A stretch of 62,740 bases of DNA, the filler included, from Basidioascus undulatus (taxonomy: Eukaryota), in the NCBI GenBank assembly GCA_000826855.1. It is 5 parts of 5 records of this genome, joined end to end, with 100 filler letters (N's around TTAATTAATTAA, not from the genome) between each part and the next. Parts side by side here need not be neighbours in the genome. Positions count along the whole stretch, not along the records: positions 1 to 12,478 come from JTLS01000903.1; 4 more parts are not named here. One strand, 5' to 3'. The first letter of the stretch is position 1. Each line of letters starts with the position of its first letter. Made by a program: the position numbers and the translations under genes. Shown in pieces: positions 1 to 10,761 of this stretch. The notes under the pieces were generated by a model that was not told where the DNA came from, did no database searches, and was given only the letters and a program-made list of their open reading frames with translations.

Positions 1-83
1 ACCGGACGACGGGATCGGCGCGACTCCTCGCCCGCATCCTTCTTGGCTCCAGTCCCCCCACTTCACAGTTACCCTCGGCCACC

Positions 84-1252
84 ATGTCCGGATCCTTCTC
101 TCTCCCGCCGCTCAACTGGCTCGTCTCCCCACCGCCGTCGACGACGCCCAGTCCCCAAAACCCTACCACGGATCGCACGTACGTCGCGAGATGGCGCAGT
201 TGGGACGGAAGAAGGGGGGGCGGGGACGGAGCGTCATACTGACTCGGCCTTCCTTATCGCAGGAGCTCCGATGATCTCTCTCTGCCGGTGCAGCACGACG
301 AGCTCGCCAAGCAGCTCGAGCTGTGGGCAAATGTTCAGTTCAACTTTGACTCGTCCGATGCGCTCGGCTTTGCGCTCCCCGATGACGCGGGCAAGGAGGA
401 GACCGCGACGGAGCGGTGGGAGGGCGAGCAGCGCATCCAGCGCAGGCGCGACGAGCAGTCCCTCTCTCGCCGCATCTTCGACGCCCCTGCCGCCGAGGAC
501 GAGTCCTCGACCGCCGAGCCCGTCGTGCCCGGCAACACCCCCGCGCCCAGCGCGCACGACGACCTCTCCCACTTCTTCAGCCTGACTTCCGCCGCCGCTG
601 CCGCCTCCGTCCCGCTCGCGCCCGTCGACCCCGACAACGCCTCCGTCGACCCCTTCGCGTCCCTCGCGCTCTTCGCGCCGCACGCACCCGCGCCCGAGCT
701 CCCCCCCATCCAGGCCGAGTCGTCCCCGTCTGACGAGAAGGCGGAGGCCAAGTTGACGCCGGGTGCGGAGGAGGAGAACGATGAGGAGGACAAGCCCAAG
801 CAGAGCCGCCGCCGTCGCACCAAGAAGGTACCCCTCCCCCCTGTCGTCCCCCGCGCGGGCGAGACGATGGAGCAGGCGAAGGCGCGCATCGAGCGCGAGC
901 ACCGCGAGGCGGAGGAGGCGGCGAAGAGGGAGCTCGAGGAGGACAAGCGCCGGCGTAACACTGCTGCATCCGGTGCGTCTCCGTCTTCCTTTCCGTGATA
1001 CGCAGTTGGGGTTGCACCTGACAGTGGGCCGTGGGGGACACAGCTCGCTTCCGCGTGAAGAAGAAGGCGCGCGAGGCCGCGCTCGAGCAGACGGCCAACG
1101 AGCTGCAGGCGCGCGTGTCGGAGCTGGAGAAGGAGGTCGACGACCTGCGGAAGGAGAACGGCTGGCTCCGGGGGCTCATCGTCGGCGGCGCGCCGGCGCA
1201 CCCGCCGTCCGAAGACGACGACCAACCGTCCGCCAAGCGTGCCCGCGTCTGA
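84..1252 (+). CDS. bZIP transcription factor of the MetR/Cys3/Zip1 (sulfur regulator) family, 3 exons
   Basis: Exons 84-178, 262-972 and 1044-1252 with GT-AG introns. Splicing gives EEDKRRRNTAASARFRVKKKAREAALEQTANELQARVSELEKEVDDLRKENGWLRGLI (basic region plus leucine zipper). The N-terminal LELWANVQFNFD motif also fits this family. Confidence 0.85.
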
Positions 1253-2137
1253 TGGAAGGGCATGATGGATCCGGATCCCGTTCCCTCCCGCCCCCCTCAT
1301 ACCACCTCCTCTACCTTCCACCCCCCGGCTCTCCTCCCTATTGCCCCCCGTTCTCTCTTGCGCTTCTCTGCGCTTTTAAAAGGAACCCCTTCTTTCTCTG
1401 CGATTTACTACTACCCATGTTGTTACCGATTACTCCGCGGCGCTTATCCGCTTTAGGGCTTTATGCTTTCTTTCCTTCTTCTTCTGGCCTCTTGCATGCA
1501 TGAACTCCCATGGTTCCATACATTTTGATCATACACGCTGGTAGTGTGCACATTCTCGTCTGCTGCTGCTCCTCCATCGACCTGCGATTGCCAGCGTATC
1601 TGCCCCGGCTTCCGCTCTACCCGAGACTCCCCGCGCAATTTTTCATCCTCCGCAATTGCAGCCTGTCAAAAGCACGTATTTCCAGCACTGGGGCTCCAAT
1701 ATACGTCGGGCGTCTGTCATTCTGACTGAAATGCAGAGCCGCGCGGAAGCGCCGGATGCGCGGGTGAGAGCACGCAAGAGCGCTGCGGGAGCACGCCATC
1801 GCCACCCCTACGCGCTCCACTCGGCGGCTCGTTGGCGCTGCTCGGGCTGCCTTCAGGTCGACCGGTGCGGCTTCCATCCCATTCGGAGCGAACGAGGAAA
1901 ACAGGCCTAGTATTGTGCTCTCATTGGCTCGTCGGGGTATTGAGAGATAAGGAGAACCTTCTGAGGTGCACACGGGCCGGGGTAAGACCAGCAGCGAGGA
2001 GCACTTGAGGAGCACAGGAACTGAACAGCGGAGAGTAAGCCGGACGCACTGGGACGGTAGAGATAAAAATACAGGACATTGGGTATGGGGTCTGAAGGCG
2101 TATGAGGGTTTAAAAAAATCCTTCCAAGGAGAGGATC

Positions 2138-2143
2138 AAAAAA
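2138..2143 (-). terminator. RNA polymerase III T-run terminator downstream of the permuted tRNA
   Basis: TTTTTT on the minus strand directly after the 5' half, with a second T7 run at 2118-2112. Confidence 0.6.
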
Positions 2144-2144
2144 G

Positions 2145-2219
2145 TCGTAGTCAGATACTCTACCATTGAGCCAGCCGGCCTTGACCGACGCAGGGATCGA
2201 ACCTGCAACCCCCTGATCT
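2145..2219 (-). tRNA. Circularly permuted tRNA gene (3' half precedes 5' half); Trp-like body, anticodon ambiguous (Trp-CCA or Arg-ACG)
   Basis: Minus strand reads ATCAGG-GGGTT-GCAGG-TTCGATC-CCTGC-GTCGGTC-A (2217-2182, tRNA positions 38-73), then one A (2181), then GGCCGGC-TG-GCTC-AATGGTA-GAGT-A-TCTGA-CT-ACGA (2180-2145, positions 1-37). Acceptor, D, anticodon and T stems all pair across the halves. Confidence 0.75.
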
Positions 2220-2904
2220 CGACTACCACTCGCTCACACTTGTGGTAGGAGTCAAATTCCTAAAGACCTCTCTGAACAAATGCTGTTCCATCATTGTAAC
2301 ACGCTTTCTGCTACACGAGCCCTTGAATCTATACCTACGCATCCTGATACATTAAAGCTGCTATTTTAAAACGAGGATTAGCATTTCCAGTCCAACGAAC
2401 CGATATCTGCCCTTGGAGCCTTAGTCTGGCGGCTGGCACCCCTCGACCCCATCTCCGTTTACTCGCCTGCCCCTTCTTCAGCCTGAAAAGGCTTATTACG
2501 TAAAAGATCACAGTCCTGAGTTCATAACTCTCATTGGGCGGTGCGGCGCAGTTGGGTCGCGAGGCTCCAGTGGCAGTTTCAAGAGTCTTCGAACAAGCAC
2601 GGAGAGCTTGAGCCCGACCGTGTTAACAATAGATAATCAGAGTAGATCTACATTCGCTTGACCGTCCAGGTTGAGCAAAGCCCCTACTCAGACCATAGTC
2701 GACGGTTGGTCCTCTTTTCTCGTCTGGTCCACTCTTCTGGTACCTGGCCGTCTTTCTCGCGCAAGTCAACAAAATGCTCGTCCTGGTCAGTTCCGTTCGT
2801 ATAAAGAATGATCAGGATAGGTTTCTTCATATTTTCAAGTTCACGTCCAAGCTGGGACGCTGTTCAAAGCTTACAGCTCAAACTGCTTTGTAGCCTTATC
2901 TGTG

Positions 2905-3469
2905 GATGTTGTTGGAATACCATTTCTTGGGGCAACGGCTTCAACAGGTCCGCTTTGACTCTTACCCAATGTTACCTGAACATAGGCTGAGTTGATGCTT
3001 TATTTTCAGCTGGGGTTTCACGTCGTTCGAAGGCGATGGGAACGGCTTCAAGCTCAGCGGCGGCAACAAAGGCGACGTCGCGCCCGCTGCTCACGTTGTA
3101 ACAACAGCATCGCCTTCTCCAACGCCGCAGGCGGCTTTGTCGACAACTCGCAGCCCGGCGACATCCTGCTAACCCGGGACATCCCCTGGAACAACGGCGC
3201 CACCGGCTTCATGTTCACCACCGCGACTGCGACGCTGACCGACAATCTGCGACAATCTGGCTGCGTCGAACGCGGACGACGCGGTGTTGGGCGACCAGGT
3301 CGCGAGCAGCGAGGGGAACTCGTGGGACATCGGCGGGTCGTGGGGGAACAGCAGCTTCGCGATCATTGACCCGTCGGTGGTGACGGGGGCCAGGACTGCC
3401 AACGGCGACATTGTGGGGAACGATATCTTGGTTCCGGTTTCTGGGGATGCTATCGGAGCCAGGACGTAA
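2905..3469 (+). pseudogene. C-terminal fragment of a polysaccharide lyase family 9 (pectate lyase L-type) gene, frameshifted
   Basis: Reads NTISWGNGFN / intron 2948-3009 / WGFTSFEGDGNGFKLSGGN...AAHVV, frameshift near 3100, NSIAFSNAAGGFVDNSQPG...WNNGATGF, then a 10-nt tandem duplication (GACAATCTG at 3241-3260) shifts the frame again to ...GNSWDIGGSW...GDAIGART*. GDGNGFKL(G)GG is the PL9 catalytic-Lys motif. Confidence 0.75.
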
Positions 3470-4283
3470 CGTTGGGAACAGTATCGCTTCCGAGGCCGCA
3501 TTGATACTTGCAATTCGATTCTTATGCTCAATTGTCCGAAAAATTCCGTTGGCGAAATTTCGGCGGTCTAACTTGCAGCCTCCGACTGGTATGTGTGCCG
3601 CCACGCGATTGTGCGGTCCGCACTAGATCAGCAAGTCCGAGCTTTAGAGCAGCAAACATCACCACGCAGTCTTCCAATTACGACAGCTCCATGAATAGGC
3701 GTCCAAAGCGTACCAGAAGGTGGTTGAGTCGGTCGAAGTCTCTGCATTCGTCCTCGAGCGGTTCATTGGCCCCTGGACCCTTGATTATTTTCGCGCCTCC
3801 TCCTTGGACTGCAATTACAAAAGCAGCACTCAATGAAAAACCTCGGTTGGGGTTCTTCCAGATGAGGCGTATTCTCCTTAGCATTCGTTATCCGCGCATC
3901 GCCCTGTCTGCAGCGGGTAGACGCAGCCGCTACACGCAAGCTTATGAAGGGCTATCATTCCTGATGGATCATGACACCCCCCGATGCCTGTTGTCGGGCT
4001 GCTGTAATGGATACCCTGTCTGGTCACATCGTGGATGGTTGAGCGGACGGTGGAGTTCCACGGTGGGGAAGTGGCGAAGCCCTCAGAGGTGCATAGTCTG
4101 TCGATGTACCAGCGCCCTTTGCGCACCTTACCTTGTTAGCCGGTAGGCATTGCTGAGTTCACACTTCACTAATATGGGTGCAAAGGATAACGTATGAGGA
4201 GGGGGAAGTGCTAAGGCCATTCAGATTAACGCGAGCACCAGCGTTGTCACACTCGGACAGGTTAAAGCATTGCATGGTCCGCA

Positions 4284-5320
4284 TCAATCCGTCAGCTGTG
4301 GAGTGAAAGAAACCGCTGGGGTAGAAGGTCTCGATCCGGGCACCGGCGGAATCTCCGTCTTGAGCACCCTCGTTGCCTTCTTCTTCGGGACGGGAGCTGT
4401 ATCGCCACGTACTCAATGTCAGCTGAACAGCGGAAGGCGAGCCCGCGCATCAGCGACGTACCGTTTTGGTTTTCCGTCATATAGAATCGCCGCAGAAGCA
4501 TGATCGCTTCGTCCCGGTAATAGCCTCCCAAGGCGCAGTACGAGCGATGGGACGTCAAGTTCGGGCTGCGAAATGTGCGTCGGGTCAGAACACTTTGCGG
4601 CGTCGAAAGCCAATGTAGAAAGTTACTCGGCATTGATAGGGACAACCGATCCGCAGCCGCCAAACCGGTCATTCCCAGCACCATAGTAGACCTGCCCAAT
4701 GTTGACCTGCGAAAAGGACGTGCGTTCAACGTCGACATCAGACGACGATCAAAGGGGGATTCCGCTCACTTGTCTCAAAGCGCTCGCACACATGACGCAA
4801 GGCTCCACCGTCACATAGAGACTCGTCCGCTGAAGAATGTCGAGCGAGTTTTCGGCAAGGATGCTGGTGATCGCCTCGAGCTCGGCGTGCAAGGTTGCCT
4901 GCGAGCGGGGGCTCTTTAGCACAAAAGACGTGCGAACGGTTAGAGCTCTACACGCACATTCCTGAGCTCGTTCGTCCTGTTCCGCGCTCGCGCGATGCAC
5001 CGCCCTCTCCCGCCCGTCTCTTCGTAGAGCGGACATCCGGGAAGGCCGGGTTGCTCGACGAAAACGCATCCCACCGGGACTTCAGCGGCCCGGAAGGCTT
5101 CCTCCGCCTTGGCAAATTAAATAGTACGGTAAGAAACACGCGAGATGATGGTTCATCGATCGAAATCAAAGACGGTAAGAGGGGGCAAGAAAAGGGCCAA
5201 CTGGATCAGCTTGCCATCTCCCGCCGCAAGAGATTTTCTGGCACGCACCATTGCCAACGCCTCCCGCATCCAGTACTTGTCAACCTCAGCTTGTTCTTCC
5301 ACCGGAACGTAAGTAGCCAT
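4284..5320 (-). CDS. TAD2: tRNA-specific adenosine-34 deaminase catalytic subunit (Tad2/ADAT2), multi-exon
   Basis: Exons encode MATYVP...KYWMREALAM, AEEAFRAAEVPVGCVFV...ARNRTNE, HAELEA...LYVTVEPCVMCASALRQ (HAE and PCxxC zinc motifs) and GGYYRDEAIMLLRRFYMTENQNAPVPKKK. Stop at 4284-4286. Confidence 0.92.
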
Positions 5321-5456
5321 GTTTGTGAGTATCTGAGGTAGTGAGCAGATGAAGGTAGGAAGCGAGCGAAACCTCGAAGAACGCGCCCTCGAAAAGCATC
5401 CGGGCCGATCTCAGCCTCCTGCTCGTCGCGCTCCCTCTTGATCCTCAACCGTCAAC
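5321..5456. promoter_or_regulatory. Short divergent (probably bidirectional) promoter between TAD2 and MED10
   Basis: Only 136 bp separate the two head-to-head start codons. Confidence 0.5.
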
Positions 5457-6373
5457 ATGGCCCCTCCGCTCGCCTACTCTCCTCCCGCAGCAGCCTCACC
5501 GACCACTCCAGCATCCCTGTTTGGCGACGGCGACCCACCTTCAGAACCAGCGGAGCCCATCGATCCCGCAACTCTGCCGCCGGAGGGGCGTCTCGAGCTC
5601 GCGCTCAAGGAGCTCGCGCAGAGCTTGCTGGAGCTCGGCGTGTGCGCGACCGATGTGCAGCCGTCAGGAGAGGGAGTGGAGGGCATGAACGGGCATGCTG
5701 GAGGCCCGTCGAATGGGTTGCAGGACATGGGAGGGCTGGTGGGGAAGAAAGTGTGAGTAGCGTACCTCGTTCATGCACTGCTCTCGAGTCCTTGCAGGAA
5801 GTGGGCTTTGTACGGAAGGCACAGCGGAACTTACCGCCAGTACTCTCTGGGAGGTTCCTTGTGGATTGCGTGTACTGGTGTCTTGAGGCGTGCGGGCTTA
5901 CGCACTTCGGAGGACGACAGGCAGGACGTAACAACGCATCTTGGAACCCTGGACTCCTTGAAGTCCCAATTAGACACGTATATACCCCTCGACGTTATAC
6001 AGTACGTCTCTTTCCGTCGCTGACTCGCGCTGGCTTTGCGATCACTGACCCGCCCGATGCAGATCCATCGATCAAGGCCGAAATCCGGATCTCTACACGC
6101 GCGAGTTCATCGAGCGCGTGGCGGGCGAAAACATGTTTATGAATGGGAAGCTAGATGCGTTGGATGTGGGTCTTCTGTCCTTCCCCACCCTCATCATAGA
6201 TCCAGGCTGATGTTGACTGGGCGGAATAGGGGTACGAGGAGCTTCTGAGTTCCGCGCTGGCGGACAACTTTCCGGAACTGGCACCGCATATCGAGCCCCG
6301 CGAACATTCACCTTCGGGGCCGCCTGGGTCGGGTGGAGGTGCAGCGGATAGAAGAGTCAAGCATGAAGAATGA
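5457..6373 (+). CDS. MED10: Mediator complex subunit 10 (Med10/Nut2), multi-exon
   Basis: LELALKELAQSLLELGV..., IPLDVIQ / IDQGRNPDLYTREFIERVAGENMFMNGKLDA is the Med10 signature. Last exon ends RRVKHEE* at 6373. Confidence 0.88.
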
Positions 6374-6786
6374 TCGTTACTCGAATGTTTGTCATGCGTG
6401 CGTACTGTCGGCGGATGGAGCTCCGTCAAGGCGCTCCGTCCATTCAGATGGGCGGGATCTCGATGAGATGGCATTGCTCAGCTTCGAAATTGTTCGGCAG
6501 GAGCATCGTGGATCGAGGCCAGTATGACGAAGTTGGTTCTGTTGTTACTGAAAACGACAAGATATAACGGAGCAGGACCCCTCAGCAAGCGGGTCAATGC
6601 TCGGTTAGGGACCACAACAAAGTGTATATCGGGCCCACGGCATTATTCGCGCTTTGGTGAGTTCTGCGCATACGCCCGCGCCCTTGCGCTGACACAGTGT
6701 ACGCTCACAGCCTACGCATGACCTGCGCACGTCCACAAGCGGTCGGTTCCATTCCGTACCACCATCCTCCCCGCCATCTCCATACA

Positions 6787-7270
6787 ATGTCCTCCCTTCA
6801 TCTGCCTACCGAAGTTATTTACGTTATTTTCGACCATCTCGGCTTCAAGGTGATTCAACTTCCAACAGCTTTTTTGCGAGGGGATGCCGCTCACGCCTTT
6901 ATCGCGCGAATCACTACAAGACCTCTGGTTGATCCAAGCCGTCTCCAAGCACTTCCGCTCGGCTTCCCACGCAGCCATCGAGCGCGCCTTCCGTAGCGGT
7001 CGCTTCACTTTGACCGTTGTGTGGAGCTTTGGTGCGTCGTTGTGTGGAACGTCGTACCCAGCCCATTCTGCTCAGTCTAAGGCCCGTGCTATGACAGGCA
7101 ATGCCGGCCTGGATAAGTCCATCTCTGGCTCCTCTTTCACCCTTGAGCCCGTCACGGAGGACGTCGAGCCCGGCCGCTTGCTACTCGTTTCGAAGGCGGT
7201 CGTCGCGGTCTTCCCGGACGATCGCGAGGCGCAAAACGAGATGCTTATATCGCTGAACCTCTCCGCCAAC
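6787..7270 (+). pseudogene. F-box-like gene 5' fragment
   Basis: MSSLHLPTEVIYVIFDHLGFK / intron / DLWLIQAVSKHFRSASH matches the F-box consensus LPxEVxxxIFxxL...LxxxxxVSKxF. The frame then runs into unrelated SET-domain sequence. Confidence 0.55.
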
Positions 7271-8524
7271 CGCATGGACTCACCACGCAATCTGTCGCCC
7301 ACACCAAGCTCGTCCACGCCGCGCTCGGCAAGCCGAGCCTCGAGCGGCGCATCGCTGCGCTGCCCGCCGGCGCGCGGCACGGCGCTGACACGGCCGACGT
7401 CGCGCTCCAGCTCGACGAGCAGCAGGTTCTCGATACGCTGGACCAGAAGGTCGATATCTATGTCGCTCGCCTGGAGGACGTGCTCAGCCTGAACGCGCTC
7501 GGTGATGATAGCATCGGTGCCAACTTCCTCTCGCCGTCCCACCGCATCCACGAGCACCACGGCCCGATATACCTCCAACTTAACCCCTCGCTTATCAACC
7601 ACAGCTGTGTCCCGAACGTCTCTCGCGCCCTCTTCGGCGACGTCATGGTCATGCGCGCTGTCGAGCGCCTCCGCACGGGCACGGAGCTCGTCCTCTCCTA
7701 CGTCGACTCGTCCAAGCCCCTCGAGCAGCGGAACAAGGTGCTCAAAAAGTTCGCGTCCACATGCGTCTGCGAGCTGGCACAGCTCGACAGAGCCGACGGA
7801 CCGGAAAGTCTGGCGGAACGCCGCCGGCTCCTGGAGGAGGTTCAGCCGAGGCTGCTGCACGAGAGCGAGCCGCTGGTTGTGCCGGCCAACCCATCGAGAG
7901 CGAGCAGGCGATTCTGCGCGTGTGCGACGAGATGTCGTCCGTCCTAGGGCTTCAGAATACCGCTGTGCAGCGCCACCGCGACGCCGTGCGCACGCGGAGG
8001 CACTCGAGCGCACGTACGCGCCCGAGCGCGGACCGCTCAGGCCGGAGATGTTCCTCGTTTGGCGCCGGCTCGCAGATCACTCGTCGTTCGCCAGCCCCGA
8101 AAAAGGCTATCAAAGTGCGCTCTGCTTCCTCCTGATGCTTAACAAATACTGTGTATCAGCTGACACCTCCTCGCACCGAGTACGAAATCAAAGCGCTCGA
8201 ATGCCTCGGCGCCGTCCTCTTTCCTTGGGCAGCCGCAATGCGCGCCGCCAACCGCACGCTCGAGAATCGAGAACCCACCGCTCATCTATTCGGCTCCGTA
8301 TATGATCTCGATCTTGCCGATCATCAGTGCACATCAGCGCACCGGCGTGCGTTGCACCCCTCCACTTTCTCTCTCTCGAGCATCATCCCGACGCGCTGGG
8401 CCTCGAACAGAAGACCGAGCTTGCCAAGCTCTGGAAGTCGACTGCCACCTGGGCGCACGATGCTGCTATTGGCGGTGGTGCGAAGCTGTTGAGTGTGCGT
8501 ACGCCCGCGAGGATGGGAGGTTAG
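7270..8524 (+). pseudogene. SET-domain (SMYD-like lysine methyltransferase) C-terminal portion with frameshifts
   Basis: PSLINHSCVPNVSRALFGDVMVMRAVERLRTGTELVLSYVD...TCVCEL contains NHSC, ELxxSY and a degenerate post-SET CxCxxC. Coding-like sequence changes frame near 7890 and 7990 without splice signals, and the N-terminal SET half is absent. Confidence 0.7.
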
Positions 8525-9496
8525 ATCTAGCTGGATCCACGACCCAGCATACATGTTGCACCGCTCGAGTACTGGAGCCCGCGTCAAGTCTGCCAGTGGA
8601 CGTCCAATTTGAAAGGCCTTCGACTGACTCTCATAGAACTCATGATGATTCAGATTTCGAAAACGACAGCCGCAACTGCATTGAGACCTTCGTTGCAGCG
8701 GCGGTAGACTTCAGCTTGGGCGAAGTATGCGCACGTTGCACAACTGGGAGAGGCCCAAAAAGAGGATCCTCAGGCCTTGTTCGTGGTACGGATGATCAAA
8801 AAAGATACCAGCTGGAGAGGAAAAATCAAGAGAAGCGGTTCTGGGGGGCTTAGCAGGCTTGTACCGTCACTCCTCTGTGATGCATGCAGTGGCTAACATT
8901 GGCAGTTCGGCCGCTCACCTCTCCTTGCTCAATTGAACGATCGAAGGGTCATTCGTTGGATACGTAGATCACCTTATCTTACCACTGTCGCGTCAGACAG
9001 ACGTCGTTGCTCGTCCGATGGACACCGGTACGCAGCTGTGCCAGCACTGGGCAATGGCGATAGTCCGAGTCGACGTGTTCAAGACCTCGCTCTTGCGATG
9101 CACGAGGAGTACACGGAAGGCGTTCCAGGTCCTCAATCCTTCCAAAGGCATTCCCTAGGAGGAAGTCGAAGAAAAAGTTAGAAAGTACATGTGGCACGAA
9201 TGTGCCATGTGCCAACGTCGATGGTCGATGGTGAACCATGCCTAGGCTTGAGAGTGATGATACCGCCCCGCCTGGTCAGTATGCCGGCTTCTGCGCAAGC
9301 GCGACGTACATGCGGCAAGCGCAAATGCACAAGATATTTGACGCGAGACTGCTCGCGTCGTAATCTATGGGGTATCGATGATCGCAACAACGTATCTGTC
9401 CGTGGGGTACATAAAAACAACACCGCGAAAGGGGTATTACCGTACCACCTTGTCCTCTGCTCGTCTCCTCGTCATCCCATCCTCTCGCCTCGTCCC

Positions 9497-10761
9497 TCAC
9501 ACCCACAGCCCCCCCTCCACCTCAGTCCACCTCCACAGGCCGCCCACAAAGCCCGCCACGCCGCCGGCATACGCGCATGCGAGGACGAGGCGGCTCGTCC
9601 ACGACGTGTGACGGGAGAAGGCGGACATGTCGGGGAAGCCGAAGAGATTGCAGGTGATGTGGCTTGCAATGGGCGGGAGGAGCGAGCCCGTGCGCAGGAA
9701 GAGGAAGGATGCGAAGGAGCCGAATAGGGTGGTGTAGAGGGTTTGGAAGGCTGGACGATGGGGGAAGGAAAGTGTAAGTTTAGGGAAGAGAATGGCGGAA
9801 GGCCGGGGAGAGACGCACTGCATGCGAGGAGGGCTTGCAGCGCTGCGCGCCTGTCGGAGCCTAGGCGGATGAAGTTTTCGATCGCATGGTGGACGTGCGC
9901 TGTGGAAATATGGTGGTATGAGTGGGTGAAAAATTGGGGAGAAGAGGGAAAGGAAGGAAGAAAGGCAACCGACCGACGCCGAACCAGAGGGGCGTGCCGA
10001 AGATGAGCCAGCTGCACGTGTTTATGGGCGTTGTGAGCAGGCTGAGCGCGAGGATGTTGGAGCGGAAGGTGAGCTCTTCTGTGATTGGCGCCTGAGAAGA
10101 AGTAGCGTGAGTAGGGAAGGCCAAAAAGAAAAAAAAGAAAACATGGTATAGGAAGGGAGGAAGCGGCGCGCACAATGAGGTAGTTCCGCAACCCGACCAT
10201 GCTCCCACACGAGCGCCCGATCTCGCGCAGCTCATCCCACCAGGACATCTTGAACCCGCGGTACGTGCGGCGGAGGAAGGGGAGGTCCCCGTCGAGAGCG
10301 AGGCCGACGAGGGGCCCGGCGAAGAGGAGGGGCGTGAGGAGGAGGGACTTGAGGAGCTGCGGGGAGGGCGGAGAGAGGGAGGTGGGGAGGCCGAGGAGCT
10401 TGGCGGATAGAAGGAGGGAGTCCTTAGTCGAGGAACCAACGAAGATTTAATTGGATAGGTTAGCAGACTGGGTGGAGAAGGGAGATGGGAGAGGAAACGG
10501 CAGACATACTGTGAACCCCTCCCCGCTCCAGACCCACACGACGCCCAGCACGCCCACCGCGCCGAGAACGCTCGCCCCTCCAACAGCCTTCATGCGCGCG
10601 CGGACGATTCGCGGATCATTACGCCCCAGGCTGTTGGACGCAGCGGAGAGGCGGGAGGCGGGGAAGAGGTAGAGCGATCCGACGTAGGCTGTGGAGAGCA
10701 GGAGGTGGCCGAGCGTGGACTCGCGGGGCGTGAGGAGGCCGGGGACTGCTGCTGCCTCCAT
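9497..10761 (-). CDS. RCE1: CAAX prenyl protease 2 (Rce1, CPBP family), multi-exon
   Basis: AYVGSLY...RNDPRIVRARM, APITEELTFRS (EExxxR), FGVAHVHH (FxxxH) and QTLYTTLFG...RTGSLLPPIASHITCNLFGFPD (HxxxN). Confidence 0.92.

Noticed and set aside
234..1321. Long antisense and alternative-frame ORFs overlapping real genes here and throughout the window
   Set aside because: Expected shadow ORFs from high GC3 codon bias, with no recognisable domains.
8640..8720. ATGATGA (box C-like) followed by a GC-rich hairpin; possible snoRNA or SECIS
   Set aside because: No suitably placed box D (CTGA), terminal stem or SECIS core partner on the same strand.
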